DNA of 64,000 nt, taken from the NCBI GenBank assembly GCA_017161655.1, contig JADFCV010000001.1:196945-260944 (forward strand), written 5' to 3'. Under the pieces are notes generated by a model. The model was not told the DNA's origin. It did no database searches and saw nothing but the letters and a program-made list of their open reading frames with translations. Of this stretch, positions 27,921 through 37,517 are shown piece after piece. Both the position numbers and the translations under genes were made by a program. Origin of the DNA: Candidatus Sumerlaeota bacterium. GTDB taxonomy: Bacteria; Sumerlaeota; Sumerlaeia; Sumerlaeales; Sumerlaeaceae. Position 1 is the stretch's first letter. Each line of letters begins with the position of its first letter.

Positions 27921-29119
27921 CACCTGCCATTCACGATGGTGATATGGCAAACGCGAGTGACCGGAAAGTCATTCGTCACACTCGCATGCTCTTTGTCGCG
28001 AACGCTTTGCAAGCAGATGCTCCAACAAGACTGCTTTTATCGACAGTTTCCCACGTGCATGACCAAGGAGGGGAGTGTTGGTTCTTTTCTTGGTCTCGAG
28101 GAGGAGAGCTGGCTGCACAGATCGAAGCTACCTTGGGACGTCCTCCCGTTGTCCTTGGAGGCAGTGGGCGCGGTGGTTCTATTTCTTCGGCATGGGCATT
28201 TCGCAAAATGGTTGCAACACTGAGACCGCATATTGTGCATGCGATACTCACGCGCCCCGGCATTCTTGTTCCTCCTCTGGCCAAAATGGCTTCACAAGCC
28301 AAGGTCGTCGTGACCCAGCACGGAACTCATGAGTGGGGTGAGGGCAAGCTTCTTCCGCCAACATTGGTCAGAACCGCCTTTCGTGCTTCTGCTTCTTTTA
28401 TGGACGCGATCGTAGCTGTGTCCAAACGGTGCGCGAAAGAGATTGAAAAAGCGGTTCCCAGCCATGCGGACAAAATCTTGGTTATTCCCAATGGCGTCGA
28501 CACTAAGGAATTTTCCCCTGAGAAAAAGCAACTGAGAGAGCAAGTCCTTATCAATCTTTTTGGAGAATCTGCCTCTCCAGACCTCTTTCTTGTCGGAGCT
28601 GCCGGAAACCTTCGCAAGATCAAGGGCTATGATCTGCTGGTTGAGGCAGCAGCCTTGCTCAACTCTCGCAAAAATGTGCGGTTCGTTGTGTGGGGCGATG
28701 GTGAGGAACGGTCCTTTCTTGAGCGACGAATCCAGTCTTTGGGGCTCCAGAATTCTTTCAAGCTGCCTGGACGTGCCCAGAACACAGCCTCATGCCTGGC
28801 AGCCTGCGATTGCTTTGTGCAGCCCTCACGAAGCGAATCGTTTGGGCTTGCGGCGGCCGAGGCTATGGCGTCCGGCGTGCCTGTGGTTGCCACAGCCGTA
28901 GGGGGGCTTGTCGAACTCGTAGAAGATGGGATCACCGGGTTACTTATTCCCCCAGAGTCTCCTCGTGCTCTCGCACTTACGATCCAGTATCTCTTTGATC
29001 AACCTCGGATGCGCGAGGCCATGGGACAGGCTGCGCGAGAGAGAATCTGTCGCCATTTCACGCTGGAACGGATGCAACGTGAATACTTGCAACTCTATCT
29101 CCGGTTGCTTCATGGTTGA
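27917..29119 (+). CDS. Glycosyltransferase family 4
   Basis: GT4 C-terminal block (CDCFVQPSRSESFGLAAAEAMASGVPVVATAVGGLVELVEDGITGLLIPPES). ATG overlaps the NtrC-like stop (ATGA). Internal starts at 27944 or 27985 are possible. Confidence 0.85.
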   Translation: MTPAIHDGDMANASDRKVIRHTRMLFVANALQADAPTRLLLSTVSHVHDQGGECWFFSWSRGGELAAQIEATLGRPPVVLGGSGRGGSISSAWAFRKMVATLRPHIVHAILTRPGILVPPLAKMASQAKVVVTQHGTHEWGEGKLLPPTLVRTAFRASASFMDAIVAVSKRCAKEIEKAVPSHADKILVIPNGVDTKEFSPEKKQLREQVLINLFGESASPDLFLVGAAGNLRKIKGYDLLVEAAALLNSRKNVRFVVWGDGEERSFLERRIQSLGLQNSFKLPGRAQNTASCLAACDCFVQPSRSESFGLAAAEAMASGVPVVATAVGGLVELVEDGITGLLIPPESPRALALTIQYLFDQPRMREAMGQAARERICRHFTLERMQREYLQLYLRLLHG

Positions 29120-29124
29120 TCGCG

Positions 29125-30135
29125 ATGAGCAAGTTTCTCGTACGCGAAATCGAAATCCACGAGCGCGATTCATGGGATGAGTTTGTCGCCCGTTCGCGGC
29201 AGGGGACTTTGTTTCACACTTCAGGTTGGTGCGAGAGTCTGGTTCGGGCGACTCCTGGGTCACGGGGGGTCATTGTGGGATGTTATGAGGGTCATGAGCT
29301 TGCCGGGGGATGTGTTTTCCTCGAGCGAGAACGTTTCGGTGTGCGCACGGCAGTGACACCATTGCTCACGCCTTATTCCGGTTTCGTACTAGATCGGCCA
29401 GTTTCTGAGAAGTTCTCCGACAACACTTCTCGGGCACATGCAATTCTCGAGTCGCTCTGTGACTATCTGGTAGAGCGGTATCCTTATGTGAACTTGTGTT
29501 TGGCCCCGCAACTGGAAGATATCCGCCCGCTTCAGCAAGCCGGTTTCAGAATCAGTCCCCGTTTTACCTATTACCTAAACTTGCGCCTTTCGGCAGAGGA
29601 GCATTGGCGGCGTTTTGATGGCAGTGTGCGTCGCCAAATTAAAAAAGCAGAGCGGCAAGAGTGGGAAATCTCGTCGCGCTTGCCCCTTGAAATTGCATAC
29701 GAACTCTTTGCGGGAAATTTCATCCGTCGTGGGGAAGCCTGTCCGGTAAGTCGCGATCTCTTTGTTGCTGCCGTCGAACACCGTGGTGTTGCGCTACTTC
29801 GCGAAATCCGTGCTGTGTGGGATGGCAATCGTCTAGCTGGTTTCGTCGTGCTCTTGGGCTTTGCCCGCACGCTTTACTATGCCATAGCCGCTCATGACCC
29901 CGAGTATCTTCCACAGGGAGTGAGTTCATTATTGGTTTGGGAAATTCTAAAGAGTCATTCTGGTGTCGAATGGGACACATTTGATTTCGTGGGCGCGAAC
30001 ATCCCCTCCATTGCACGTTTCAAAGAGAACTTCAATCCCCGTCTTCAGTTGTATTTTCAGGTAGAGTATTATGGGTCGTCTCTCCTGAAACTTGGGAAAG
30101 AGATTCTTGATCGCATCCAGATATCACCTCGCTAG
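29125..30135 (+). CDS. FemAB-like / GNAT-fold (BioF2-like) acyltransferase, EPS-locus associated
   Basis: ~335 aa. Architecture and motifs (SGWCESL, FHTS, two GNAT-like halves) resemble FemAB-related proteins from exopolysaccharide loci. Start 6 nt after the GT4 stop, or TTG 29116 overlapping it. Confidence 0.55.
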   Translation: MSKFLVREIEIHERDSWDEFVARSRQGTLFHTSGWCESLVRATPGSRGVIVGCYEGHELAGGCVFLERERFGVRTAVTPLLTPYSGFVLDRPVSEKFSDNTSRAHAILESLCDYLVERYPYVNLCLAPQLEDIRPLQQAGFRISPRFTYYLNLRLSAEEHWRRFDGSVRRQIKKAERQEWEISSRLPLEIAYELFAGNFIRRGEACPVSRDLFVAAVEHRGVALLREIRAVWDGNRLAGFVVLLGFARTLYYAIAAHDPEYLPQGVSSLLVWEILKSHSGVEWDTFDFVGANIPSIARFKENFNPRLQLYFQVEYYGSSLLKLGKEILDRIQISPR

Positions 30136-30661
30136 GCGAGAGCTTCCTGATTAGGCGGGCAGGATTTCCGGCGATCACACAATAACCCTCAGGAAAGCTC
30201 TTCGTAACGACGCTGCCAGCTCCTACAATCGTATGGTCGCCAAGTTCCACACCTGGAAGAATGACAGAGTTCATGCCTACCCAGCAGTAGTTTCCAATCC
30301 GAATAGGGGGCGCCGGAATGTGACGGGCCAAGTCTCGCAGATCGTGATTCGCACTAATCAATCCAACATTTGGCGCAAAAATGCTGTAGTCGCCAATCTC
30401 GATCCCATTAATGGCCTGAATATAGCATCCAGGCATGTCCCCAGGGTATGAGCATTTCCCTAGCTTCACTCGGTCTGGACACACGACGCGCGATGTAAAA
30501 TGGACGGGCCACGGTACGCGCGCGTTGATCCGGAAAACGTACTTAAAGAAGAGGTATTGGCAATATGATCCCACATCTACCAACTCCGGTGCGCCGATCA
30601 GACGGCGAATCACCCTCTTCGCTTTCTGGAACAGGTTTTCCTGCTTTCTGTGATCGTTCAT
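30032..30661 (-). CDS. Left-handed beta-helix (hexapeptide-repeat) O-acetyltransferase, MAT/GAT-like
   Basis: Hexapeptide repeats ([63 protein letters not shown]). 3' end overlaps the FemAB-like gene by 104 nt on the opposite strand. Confidence 0.8.
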   Translation of the reverse strand: MNDHRKQENLFQKAKRVIRRLIGAPELVDVGSYCQYLFFKYVFRINARVPWPVHFTSRVVCPDRVKLGKCSYPGDMPGCYIQAINGIEIGDYSIFAPNVGLISANHDLRDLARHIPAPPIRIGNYCWVGMNSVILPGVELGDHTIVGAGSVVTKSFPEGYCVIAGNPARLIRKLSPSEVISGCDQESLSQVSGETTHNTLPENTTEDGD

Positions 30662-30753
30662 AAAGGCGAGATTCGTTTTCTCGAGTGCTGTACTCAGTTG
30701 CTGCTCAACACCGTTGCTTCCATGTGAAACATTGGCCTATACTTAGAATTGTT

Positions 30754-31662
30754 ATGCCCAAGATTTCAATGGTTCAATTACGTGTTGCTTTGCTAACGGC
30801 ACTATGTGTGTGCCATTTGAAGGCTCTCCGTGCACAGGAAATGGCTATCCTGGCAAATGCGCTAGATGTGTGCGCCATAGACACCGGATATTACGTTGCG
30901 TTGGAAGCCCTCGACGACACGTCAGATTCCAATTCGTCTCCTCCCTTCAATTACATTGATGATCAGGGTGGGTCTTACGCCGTGCGGCCATGGGAAGGAC
31001 GTTTCTCGACTTCGCGAATTAGATTCACCACTGCTGTCTTTCCGTGGCGTGGGCCTTACGTCACATACCAGCCCAGCCGAATCTTGCAGTCTGATATTCC
31101 TTATGACCGCGGTTCCCCACTCGATCCTTGGGGAAATCCCTACTATTTCTTTTCTCCACTTGGGCTTTTAAGGGGTGATACTGGCTCTGTGACACTTGAG
31201 CTTTACGGGGATCAATTTGACCGATATACTCTTGTTTCACTGGGGCCAGATGGCGTAAAGAGCAGCGACGATCTCATTTATCAATTTGGCTCTGGCCTGA
31301 CTGTTCGGGCGATTTCAAGCCTTCGGGGACCGGGCGTCGTTCCATTGACTTCTGGACCGAATGCGCGTTTTTCAAAAGATGGCACGAGCTCGCCGCAATA
31401 CCTTGTGGTTCCAGGCACAGTGCTTACTATTCGCGGAGTGAATCTTTTTGACGCCCAAGGTCGAGCAGCAGTGCGCTGGGAGAGCACTGAATTCTCAGAT
31501 GTGCTCAGCACCAACTCGCGTGAAATCGTGGTTCATGTTCCCGAGTCCTTGCAGGGAGCGGGAGCACTCGAGGTCACAACTCCAGCCGGTGAAAAAACAA
31601 ACAGTGTTTACGTGCAGATCACTGCGGTCACTGCTTCGCGCGATTGGATGCTCTACGAATAG
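30754..31662 (+). CDS. Secreted protein with GspG-like pseudopilin globular domain (no prepilin leader) fused to C-terminal IPT/TIG domain
   Basis: LDPWGNPYYFFSP...LVSLGPDGVKSSDDLIY matches the GspG C-terminal signature (DPWGNxY...LGADG). Preceded by a GspG-like helix (AQEMAILANALDVCAIDTGYY). N-terminus MPKISMVQLRVALLTALCV lacks the G-F-T-L-x-E class III motif. C-terminal Ig-like IPT/TIG (PGTVLTIRGVNLFD...ALEVTTPAGEKTNSVYVQIT). Start uncertain: GTG 30685, ATG 30754 or ATG 30769. Confidence 0.6.
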   Translation: MPKISMVQLRVALLTALCVCHLKALRAQEMAILANALDVCAIDTGYYVALEALDDTSDSNSSPPFNYIDDQGGSYAVRPWEGRFSTSRIRFTTAVFPWRGPYVTYQPSRILQSDIPYDRGSPLDPWGNPYYFFSPLGLLRGDTGSVTLELYGDQFDRYTLVSLGPDGVKSSDDLIYQFGSGLTVRAISSLRGPGVVPLTSGPNARFSKDGTSSPQYLVVPGTVLTIRGVNLFDAQGRAAVRWESTEFSDVLSTNSREIVVHVPESLQGAGALEVTTPAGEKTNSVYVQITAVTASRDWMLYE

Positions 31663-31695
31663 CTAAACGTCGCTGCCCCGATTGCTGTGTCCCTT

Positions 31696-32589
31696 CTACA
31701 AAAATTGGCGAATGATTTCCTCGACGCTCGTACGGTGGGCACTTTTCTTTAGAGCTATTTCTCTGATTTCTCCGATGCGCTCAGCCAGCGTTGGCTCGTG
31801 GCGCACGTGAATGACCCCAAGGGGGAAAAACGATTCACGTCGCGCCTGCAACACCAGTTTGAGCGCGGCTTCATAGTCGGTCGGGTCGTAGTTTTCTGGC
31901 AAGGGACGAGAATGAGCCTTGAAGTATTCTCGATCCATCCCCGCGTTAAACGTGACGCAAGGCGAAAGGCAATTAATGAAACTCATGCCGCGGTGCTGCA
32001 GTCCCAAAAGAAACATTTCAGTCATGTGGTTGGGGTCATGGCTCGCCGTCTGGGCAACAAACGTTGCTCCCATGGTCAGCGCTGCCCAAATAGGATCAAC
32101 TGGCGGCTCAAATGTTCCGTAAGGCGTCGATTTGGTTTTCATGCCTAGCTCACTTGTCGGCGCAGCCTGACCCTTTGTCATCCCGTAGATCTGGTTATCC
32201 ATAAGGATATAAGTCAGATCTACGTTTCGACGCATCGCGTGGAAAAAGTGGTTTCCTCCGATTGCAAGAGCGTCGCCGTCGCCACCCGTTGCAATCACGG
32301 TAATATCTGGTCGTGCAAGCTTCAACCCCGTTGCCACAGCAAGCGCCCGCCCGTGGACCGAATGGAAGCCGTAGGTGTTCATAAAAAAGGGAAAGCGGCT
32401 TGAACACCCGATGCCTGAAACAACAGTGATTTCTTCCTCTGGCCGCCCGTAGCTAATCAAAGCCTTGTCAAGCGCTGCCAACACACTGTAATCGCCGCAT
32501 CCTGCGCACCACGTGGGTCGCTGGCTTCCTCGATAAGTTCTTTTACTGGGTTTGGCTGTGGCTGCTGCACCTGCTGAAACGTCACTCAT
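31696..32589 (-). CDS. korB: 2-oxoacid:ferredoxin oxidoreductase beta subunit (TPP-binding)
   Basis: CAGCGDYSVLAALDKAL, GIGCSSR, TPP-binding GDGDALAIGGNHF motifs. Confidence 0.85.
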   Translation of the reverse strand: MSDVSAGAAATAKPSKRTYRGSQRPTWCAGCGDYSVLAALDKALISYGRPEEEITVVSGIGCSSRFPFFMNTYGFHSVHGRALAVATGLKLARPDITVIATGGDGDALAIGGNHFFHAMRRNVDLTYILMDNQIYGMTKGQAAPTSELGMKTKSTPYGTFEPPVDPIWAALTMGATFVAQTASHDPNHMTEMFLLGLQHRGMSFINCLSPCVTFNAGMDREYFKAHSRPLPENYDPTDYEAALKLVLQARRESFFPLGVIHVRHEPTLAERIGEIREIALKKSAHRTSVEEIIRQFL

Positions 32590-34373
32590 TTGGACACCTC
32601 CTGGTGGCGCTGGTTCAGATACTCAAAAACACCTGCGCGAATCTCTGCCGGTGAGAAAGGTAATCCGTCATCTTTGGTGATGCTCACCACTTCGATGTTA
32701 TTCTCCAGTAGCTCCTTTGTGAAATGTGCTCGAAGCATTTCAGCAAACTGAGCTGTGGCATTGAGCTCTGGGATAAACAAGGTGCGGATCCCGCTTGCGA
32801 GAAAACTGCGAATCGCTACTGTCGGCATTGGCCACAGCACGTGGGGGAGTAGAGCCCGGAACTTGAGTCCCTCACTTTCGAGTTCGCGAATCGTCTCAAG
32901 GGCAACCGGAGCGGTTGCGCCCCAACTCATGAGGCCAAGGTGCGTTTCTGCGCCGCTATCGTACTTAAATGTTGTTCCACGGAAAGCTTTCGCAATCGCT
33001 TCCATTCGCTTCAAGCGCCGTGCCACCATTCGGCTCCTCATCGCTGGAGCAAAATCGGGATCTCCAAATTCGTTATGCTCCAGCCCGCCGCAACGATACA
33101 TCCCTTGAGGAATGCCAGGGATCGCGCGGGGGACAGGCATTCCATCTTCGGTCTCCGGATAACGTTTGAAAGGATGAGGACCTGTCTCGGGGTTCCAGAA
33201 TTTTTCTTCGAAGATTTCAAGCTTCTCAAAATCTGGTGGCTCGATGGTTTGCATGCGATGGCTGAGTGACTGGCTCGACAGCACAATCACTGGAATCTGA
33301 AATTTGTGAGCAATGTTAACTGCTTTGATGGTTTGAGTGAAACAATCCGCCACCGTCTGAGGAGCTATGACAACCCGTGGAATTTCTCCATGTGAGCCGT
33401 AGGCAGCCAAAACGAGATCGCCCTGTGCCTCTTTTGTCGGCATGCCTGTCGATGGCCCAGCACGCTGGACATCGACCACCACGACTGGTAATTCGGCCAT
33501 TCCTGCCAAGCCAAGTAATTCGATCATAAGCGACAGTCCAGGGCCGCTTGTGGCGGTCATAGATTTCACACCACCGTAGGCAGCTCCGATGCACATCGCC
33601 AACGAGGCAATCTCGTCTTCTGCTTGAATCATGAGGCCACCTACTTTGGGAAGCTGGCCGGCGAGCCATTCCATAATCTCACTTGCTGGTGTTATCGGAT
33701 ACCCTGCGAAGAAGCGAACGCCAGCCGTGAGTGCACCCAGTGCAACCGCTTCGTTGCCCGACAAGAGCAGTCGGGCTGTAGTGTCGGCGGGAGGGAAAAA
33801 ACGATCATCAAGAAGTTGCCTGTGCTTTTGGCCCTCCTCGTATCCTCCGCGCAGGGCATTGCGGTTTGCTTCAGCTACGTCTGCGCCTTTTGAGGCGAAA
33901 AGCTCATCAACCGACTTCTCTGCTGTTTCCAAATCCAAATTCAGTAGACCGAGCAGAACGCCAGTTGCTGCAATGTTTTTGCTTCGTGCCGTTCCTGCCT
34001 CGCCTTCGGCGATTTCTTTAAAATCAACCTCCAAGGTCCTGGCATGGCGAGGAATCTCTTCGCACGTTCCGCCAAACGGTGGATGGATAATCAGAGCACC
34101 GTTGGGTACTTTCGGTGCATTGTCCGCAACAGCCTGTCTGTTGAGAGCAACCAGGATGTCGGGCTCGTTACCCTGGGATAGAAGCGGTGCGTTAGAAACT
34201 CGTGCCTGGAATGTGACTTGTCCGCCGCGAACCACCGCAAGAAACGTGCTAAAGGTGTAAACTTGATAACCCAGCCGTGCTGCAACACGCGAAAAAAGCT
34301 TTCCCATCGAGATGATTCCGTCGCCGGAATCTCCCTCAAAACGTATCGTAAGACTTTGCTGACTATCGGACAC
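32586..34373 (-). CDS. korA: 2-oxoacid:ferredoxin oxidoreductase alpha subunit (fused gamma + alpha domains)
   Basis: N-terminal POR gamma-type domain, then alpha domain (GNEAVALGALTAGVRFFAGYPITPASEI). 4 nt overlap with korB. Confidence 0.85.
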   Translation of the reverse strand: MSDSQQSLTIRFEGDSGDGIISMGKLFSRVAARLGYQVYTFSTFLAVVRGGQVTFQARVSNAPLLSQGNEPDILVALNRQAVADNAPKVPNGALIIHPPFGGTCEEIPRHARTLEVDFKEIAEGEAGTARSKNIAATGVLLGLLNLDLETAEKSVDELFASKGADVAEANRNALRGGYEEGQKHRQLLDDRFFPPADTTARLLLSGNEAVALGALTAGVRFFAGYPITPASEIMEWLAGQLPKVGGLMIQAEDEIASLAMCIGAAYGGVKSMTATSGPGLSLMIELLGLAGMAELPVVVVDVQRAGPSTGMPTKEAQGDLVLAAYGSHGEIPRVVIAPQTVADCFTQTIKAVNIAHKFQIPVIVLSSQSLSHRMQTIEPPDFEKLEIFEEKFWNPETGPHPFKRYPETEDGMPVPRAIPGIPQGMYRCGGLEHNEFGDPDFAPAMRSRMVARRLKRMEAIAKAFRGTTFKYDSGAETHLGLMSWGATAPVALETIRELESEGLKFRALLPHVLWPMPTVAIRSFLASGIRTLFIPELNATAQFAEMLRAHFTKELLENNIEVVSITKDDGLPFSPAEIRAGVFEYLNQRHQEVSK

Positions 34374-34607
34374 TGGTCGCGACTCCGTTCTCGTGGACTC
34401 CGTTTAGCATTGAAAAAGGCGCCACTAATCTCTTCCATTCTTCATAGGAAAGCACGTGTCCGGCAAATCAAGCGCTGATTTAGACCAATTGGTCATCATT
34501 GTTGGAACGCTTTTTCTGCAGGAAGTGGCTATGTTTCTTGTTTTTTGTGGAGGGCTTGGAGTAAGGCTTATGTTCACTGAGAAACAGGAAAGGCGGGAGT
34601 TTCTAGA

Positions 34608-35177
34608 ATGACTTCACCGCTGCTAGCTTTCACCGGTTTTGCATTGCAGCTTCTTTCTCTCAGCATCTGGATAGGCGGCCTCGTGTTTTTTGCATTTGTG
34701 GCGTCGCGGCTGGCTTTCCGGGTTATGAATGATCGCGGCGTCGCAGGTGACTACGTTGCAGCCTGTCTCCGCCGTTTTCAGGGGACGGAAGTTACTTGCG
34801 CATTGCTGACACTTTGCGGTGCAGGCTTTTTGTATGTTGCCCAGGTCCCAAGTCCCGCCCTGTGGCTTGATGTTTCATTGGCTCTTCTGATGTTTGTCAT
34901 TTTTGCTGTTTATGGGGGAATTCTCTTCCCAAAGGTTGATTCGCTTCGGCTCGAGATTCGTGATGCAGAACTCTACGGTCGGGAGATTGAGCCTGCTATC
35001 GTGCAGAGTTTTCATGAGTTGCATACTTGGCACGCCAGGCTCATGGGACTTAACATGATGCTGGGTGTGGGAATGTTGCTCGTGCTCACGTTTCTAGCCA
35101 TGAAATGCGGACAAGGTCAGAGTGTCGAAGCGTTCGATGCTTCACTGTTTGGGGGGACTTTCGCGCAGTGGCCGTAA
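34608..35177 (+). CDS. Integral membrane protein (4 TM, DUF4149-like), hypothetical
   Basis: Four hydrophobic helices, no soluble domains; family name tentative. Confidence 0.45.
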   Translation: MTSPLLAFTGFALQLLSLSIWIGGLVFFAFVASRLAFRVMNDRGVAGDYVAACLRRFQGTEVTCALLTLCGAGFLYVAQVPSPALWLDVSLALLMFVIFAVYGGILFPKVDSLRLEIRDAELYGREIEPAIVQSFHELHTWHARLMGLNMMLGVGMLLVLTFLAMKCGQGQSVEAFDASLFGGTFAQWP

Positions 35178-35854
35178 TTCGAGCCGAGAAACTTGTCAAA
35201 GAGTACATAACGAAATCAGGAGTCACGCGGGTTCTAGACGGGGTAGAACTAACGCTGGAGCAGGGTGAAATCCTTGCCGTCGTCGGCCACAGTGGATGCG
35301 GCAAGACTACGCTCCTTAATCTCCTTGGTGGGTTGGATCAGCCAACGGCTGGTTCCATTTACTTTAAAGATGTTGCCCTGGGGCATCTCACCGACGCCGA
35401 ATTGGCAGCCTATCGAAACAAGCACGTGGGCTACCTTTTTCAGTCGTATCTTCTTCAGCCGCGTCGTCGAGCTTTAGAGAATGTCTTACTGCCGTTGCTC
35501 CTTGCTGGGGTATCTCTGCGTGAAGCACGCAGGCGAGCTCTTCAAGCACTGGACGAAGTCGGCTTGCTCGAATACGCGGGCGCGAAGGTTTCGGAATTGT
35601 CTGGAGGACAACGACAGCGTGTGGCCCTGGCGCGTGCCATTGTGAACCGGCCGGAAATACTTCTCGTTGATGAGCCTACGGGGAATCTTGACACACGCAC
35701 CAGTCTCGAAGTTTTTGAATTGCTGCTAAACTATAACAGCCGTGAAAAAGCCACCCTTGTCATCGTAACGCATGACCCACTGGTCGAAAAGTTTCGTTTG
35801 CCTCTAGCAACCATCACGGAAGGAAAACTTGTCCCTCATACGGGACGCGTTTGA
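35168..35854 (+). CDS. ABC transporter ATP-binding protein (LolD/MacB/FtsE-like)
   Basis: Walker A GHSGCGKTT; Q-loop; signature LSGGQRQRVALARA; Walker B ILLVDEPTGNLD; H-loop. GTG 35168 overlaps the upstream stop. No permease gene adjacent. Confidence 0.85.
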   Translation: MAVIRAEKLVKEYITKSGVTRVLDGVELTLEQGEILAVVGHSGCGKTTLLNLLGGLDQPTAGSIYFKDVALGHLTDAELAAYRNKHVGYLFQSYLLQPRRRALENVLLPLLLAGVSLREARRRALQALDEVGLLEYAGAKVSELSGGQRQRVALARAIVNRPEILLVDEPTGNLDTRTSLEVFELLLNYNSREKATLVIVTHDPLVEKFRLPLATITEGKLVPHTGRV

Positions 35855-35866
35855 GAGAAAACCGCC

Positions 35867-37483
35867 ATGTTCGATATCCTCATCCGCAATGCTACTATTG
35901 TTGACGGGACAGGCAGTGATCCCTTTGTGGGGCACATTGGGATCACAGGTGAAAAAATCGCTGCAGTCTTGCACCGCGACGAGCGTGGGTCACTTACTAC
36001 TTTTGAGAGTGCACGCGAGATCATAGATGCCGCCGGCCTTCTTGCCATGCCGGGGTTTGTGGATGTGCACGGCCACAGTGATTTCAACCTCCTCGTTTGT
36101 CCCTCGGGCGACTCTAAGCTTCGGCAGGGAATCACCACAGAAATCATTGGCAATTGCGGCGAAAGCGCGTTCCCACTCTTCGGCCCTTATCGCGAGAGTG
36201 TCTTGGTAGAACTGAAATGGCTGGGCATTGAGCCCCGCTGGCGCACTGCCGAGCAGTATTTCACGTTTCTTGACGCAATAAAACCCTCATATAATGTGGC
36301 GAGTTTCGTGGGGCATAACTCGGTGCGTGCGGCGGTTGTCGGCTACAGCGATGAGAGGCCGACAGACCAGCAACTGCAGCAAATGAGAAATGAGGTCCGG
36401 ATTGCCATGGAGGCAGGAGCCATTGGCTTTACCACAGGACTGGTTTATCCGCCGGGGATGTTCGCAGAAACAGAGGAGCTTGCCATTCTTCAGAAGGAGG
36501 CCGCAATTCACGGCGGCTGCTATGCCTCCCATGTGCGCAGCGAGGGCGATCTTCTTCTTCAGGCTGCTGATGAATTTTTAGAAGTCATCTCGTCGACAGA
36601 CAGTCGGGGGCAATTCAGTCATCTTAAAGCTTCTGGGCCCAGGAACTGGGGCAAAGTTGTTCATGTTCTTAGCGCGCTAGAAGATGCGATTGCACGTGGG
36701 GCAAATATCTGGTGGGACAAGTACCCCTATGTTGCTTCCAGTACATCGTTGGCGTCGCTCTTGCCAGCTTGGGTACTTGCGGGAGGAACTGATCCAGCGC
36801 TCAGCCGATTGCGTGACCCGTCTGATCGCGACTCAATTCTAAACGACGTTGAGGAGAACAACGAGGGTAAGGATGGATGGGATTCCGTTCTGATCGTTGA
36901 CGCTGGATGCGACGAATATCGTGAGATCCAGGGGGAGTCGCTCGGCGCAGCCGCACGCCAACTGGGAATGAGTCCCCGCGACTTGTTCATTGAGCTTCTC
37001 TGCACGAGCCGTCTTCGAACTGCGATATGCAATTTCACGATGAACTGGGAAGAAACCGATCTTGTGATTCTGCATCCTCGCGGGATGGTGTGCACGGACT
37101 CAGCTTGCCGTGCGCCAAGCGGCGTTCTCTCGCGCGACTGTCCGCATCCAAGAGCGTATGGCTCCTTTGGTGCTTTTTTCCGTCGTTATGTAAAAGAACT
37201 CGGGAAACTCACTCTTTCCCAGGCTGTTCAAAAAGTCACCTCGCTGCCATGCTCAATCTTTGGGCTAAAGAGTCGAGGTGAATTGCGCCCCGGATACTAC
37301 GCCGACATCCTTCTCCTTCGCTGGGAAGAATTTCGTGATGCGGCAGACTTTACAGCTCCTCACCAGTTTTGTCCTGGCATCGAGACCATCATTGTGAACG
37401 GCACCGTCTCAGTGCGGCAAGGGGTGAGCACTAATCGCCGAGGGGGTCGCGTGCTGCGCAGGAGTGGAGATAGGATTGAATAG
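35867..37483 (+). CDS. N-acyl-D-amino-acid deacylase (D-aminoacylase) family amidohydrolase
   Basis: N-terminus ILIRNATIVDGTGSDPFVGHIGITGEKIAAV...AGLLAMPGFVDVHGHSD is typical of D-aminoacylases; ~540 aa. Confidence 0.8.
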   Translation: MFDILIRNATIVDGTGSDPFVGHIGITGEKIAAVLHRDERGSLTTFESAREIIDAAGLLAMPGFVDVHGHSDFNLLVCPSGDSKLRQGITTEIIGNCGESAFPLFGPYRESVLVELKWLGIEPRWRTAEQYFTFLDAIKPSYNVASFVGHNSVRAAVVGYSDERPTDQQLQQMRNEVRIAMEAGAIGFTTGLVYPPGMFAETEELAILQKEAAIHGGCYASHVRSEGDLLLQAADEFLEVISSTDSRGQFSHLKASGPRNWGKVVHVLSALEDAIARGANIWWDKYPYVASSTSLASLLPAWVLAGGTDPALSRLRDPSDRDSILNDVEENNEGKDGWDSVLIVDAGCDEYREIQGESLGAAARQLGMSPRDLFIELLCTSRLRTAICNFTMNWEETDLVILHPRGMVCTDSACRAPSGVLSRDCPHPRAYGSFGAFFRRYVKELGKLTLSQAVQKVTSLPCSIFGLKSRGELRPGYYADILLLRWEEFRDAADFTAPHQFCPGIETIIVNGTVSVRQGVSTNRRGGRVLRRSGDRIE

Positions 37484-37517
37484 AGAGTCCGCGCTCAGCA
37501 AGCTCTCAAAACCTTTG

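Noticed and set aside
33631-34260. 209 aa plus-strand ORF
   Set aside because: It is antisense to korA and its translation is Ala/Ser/Arg-rich nonsense.
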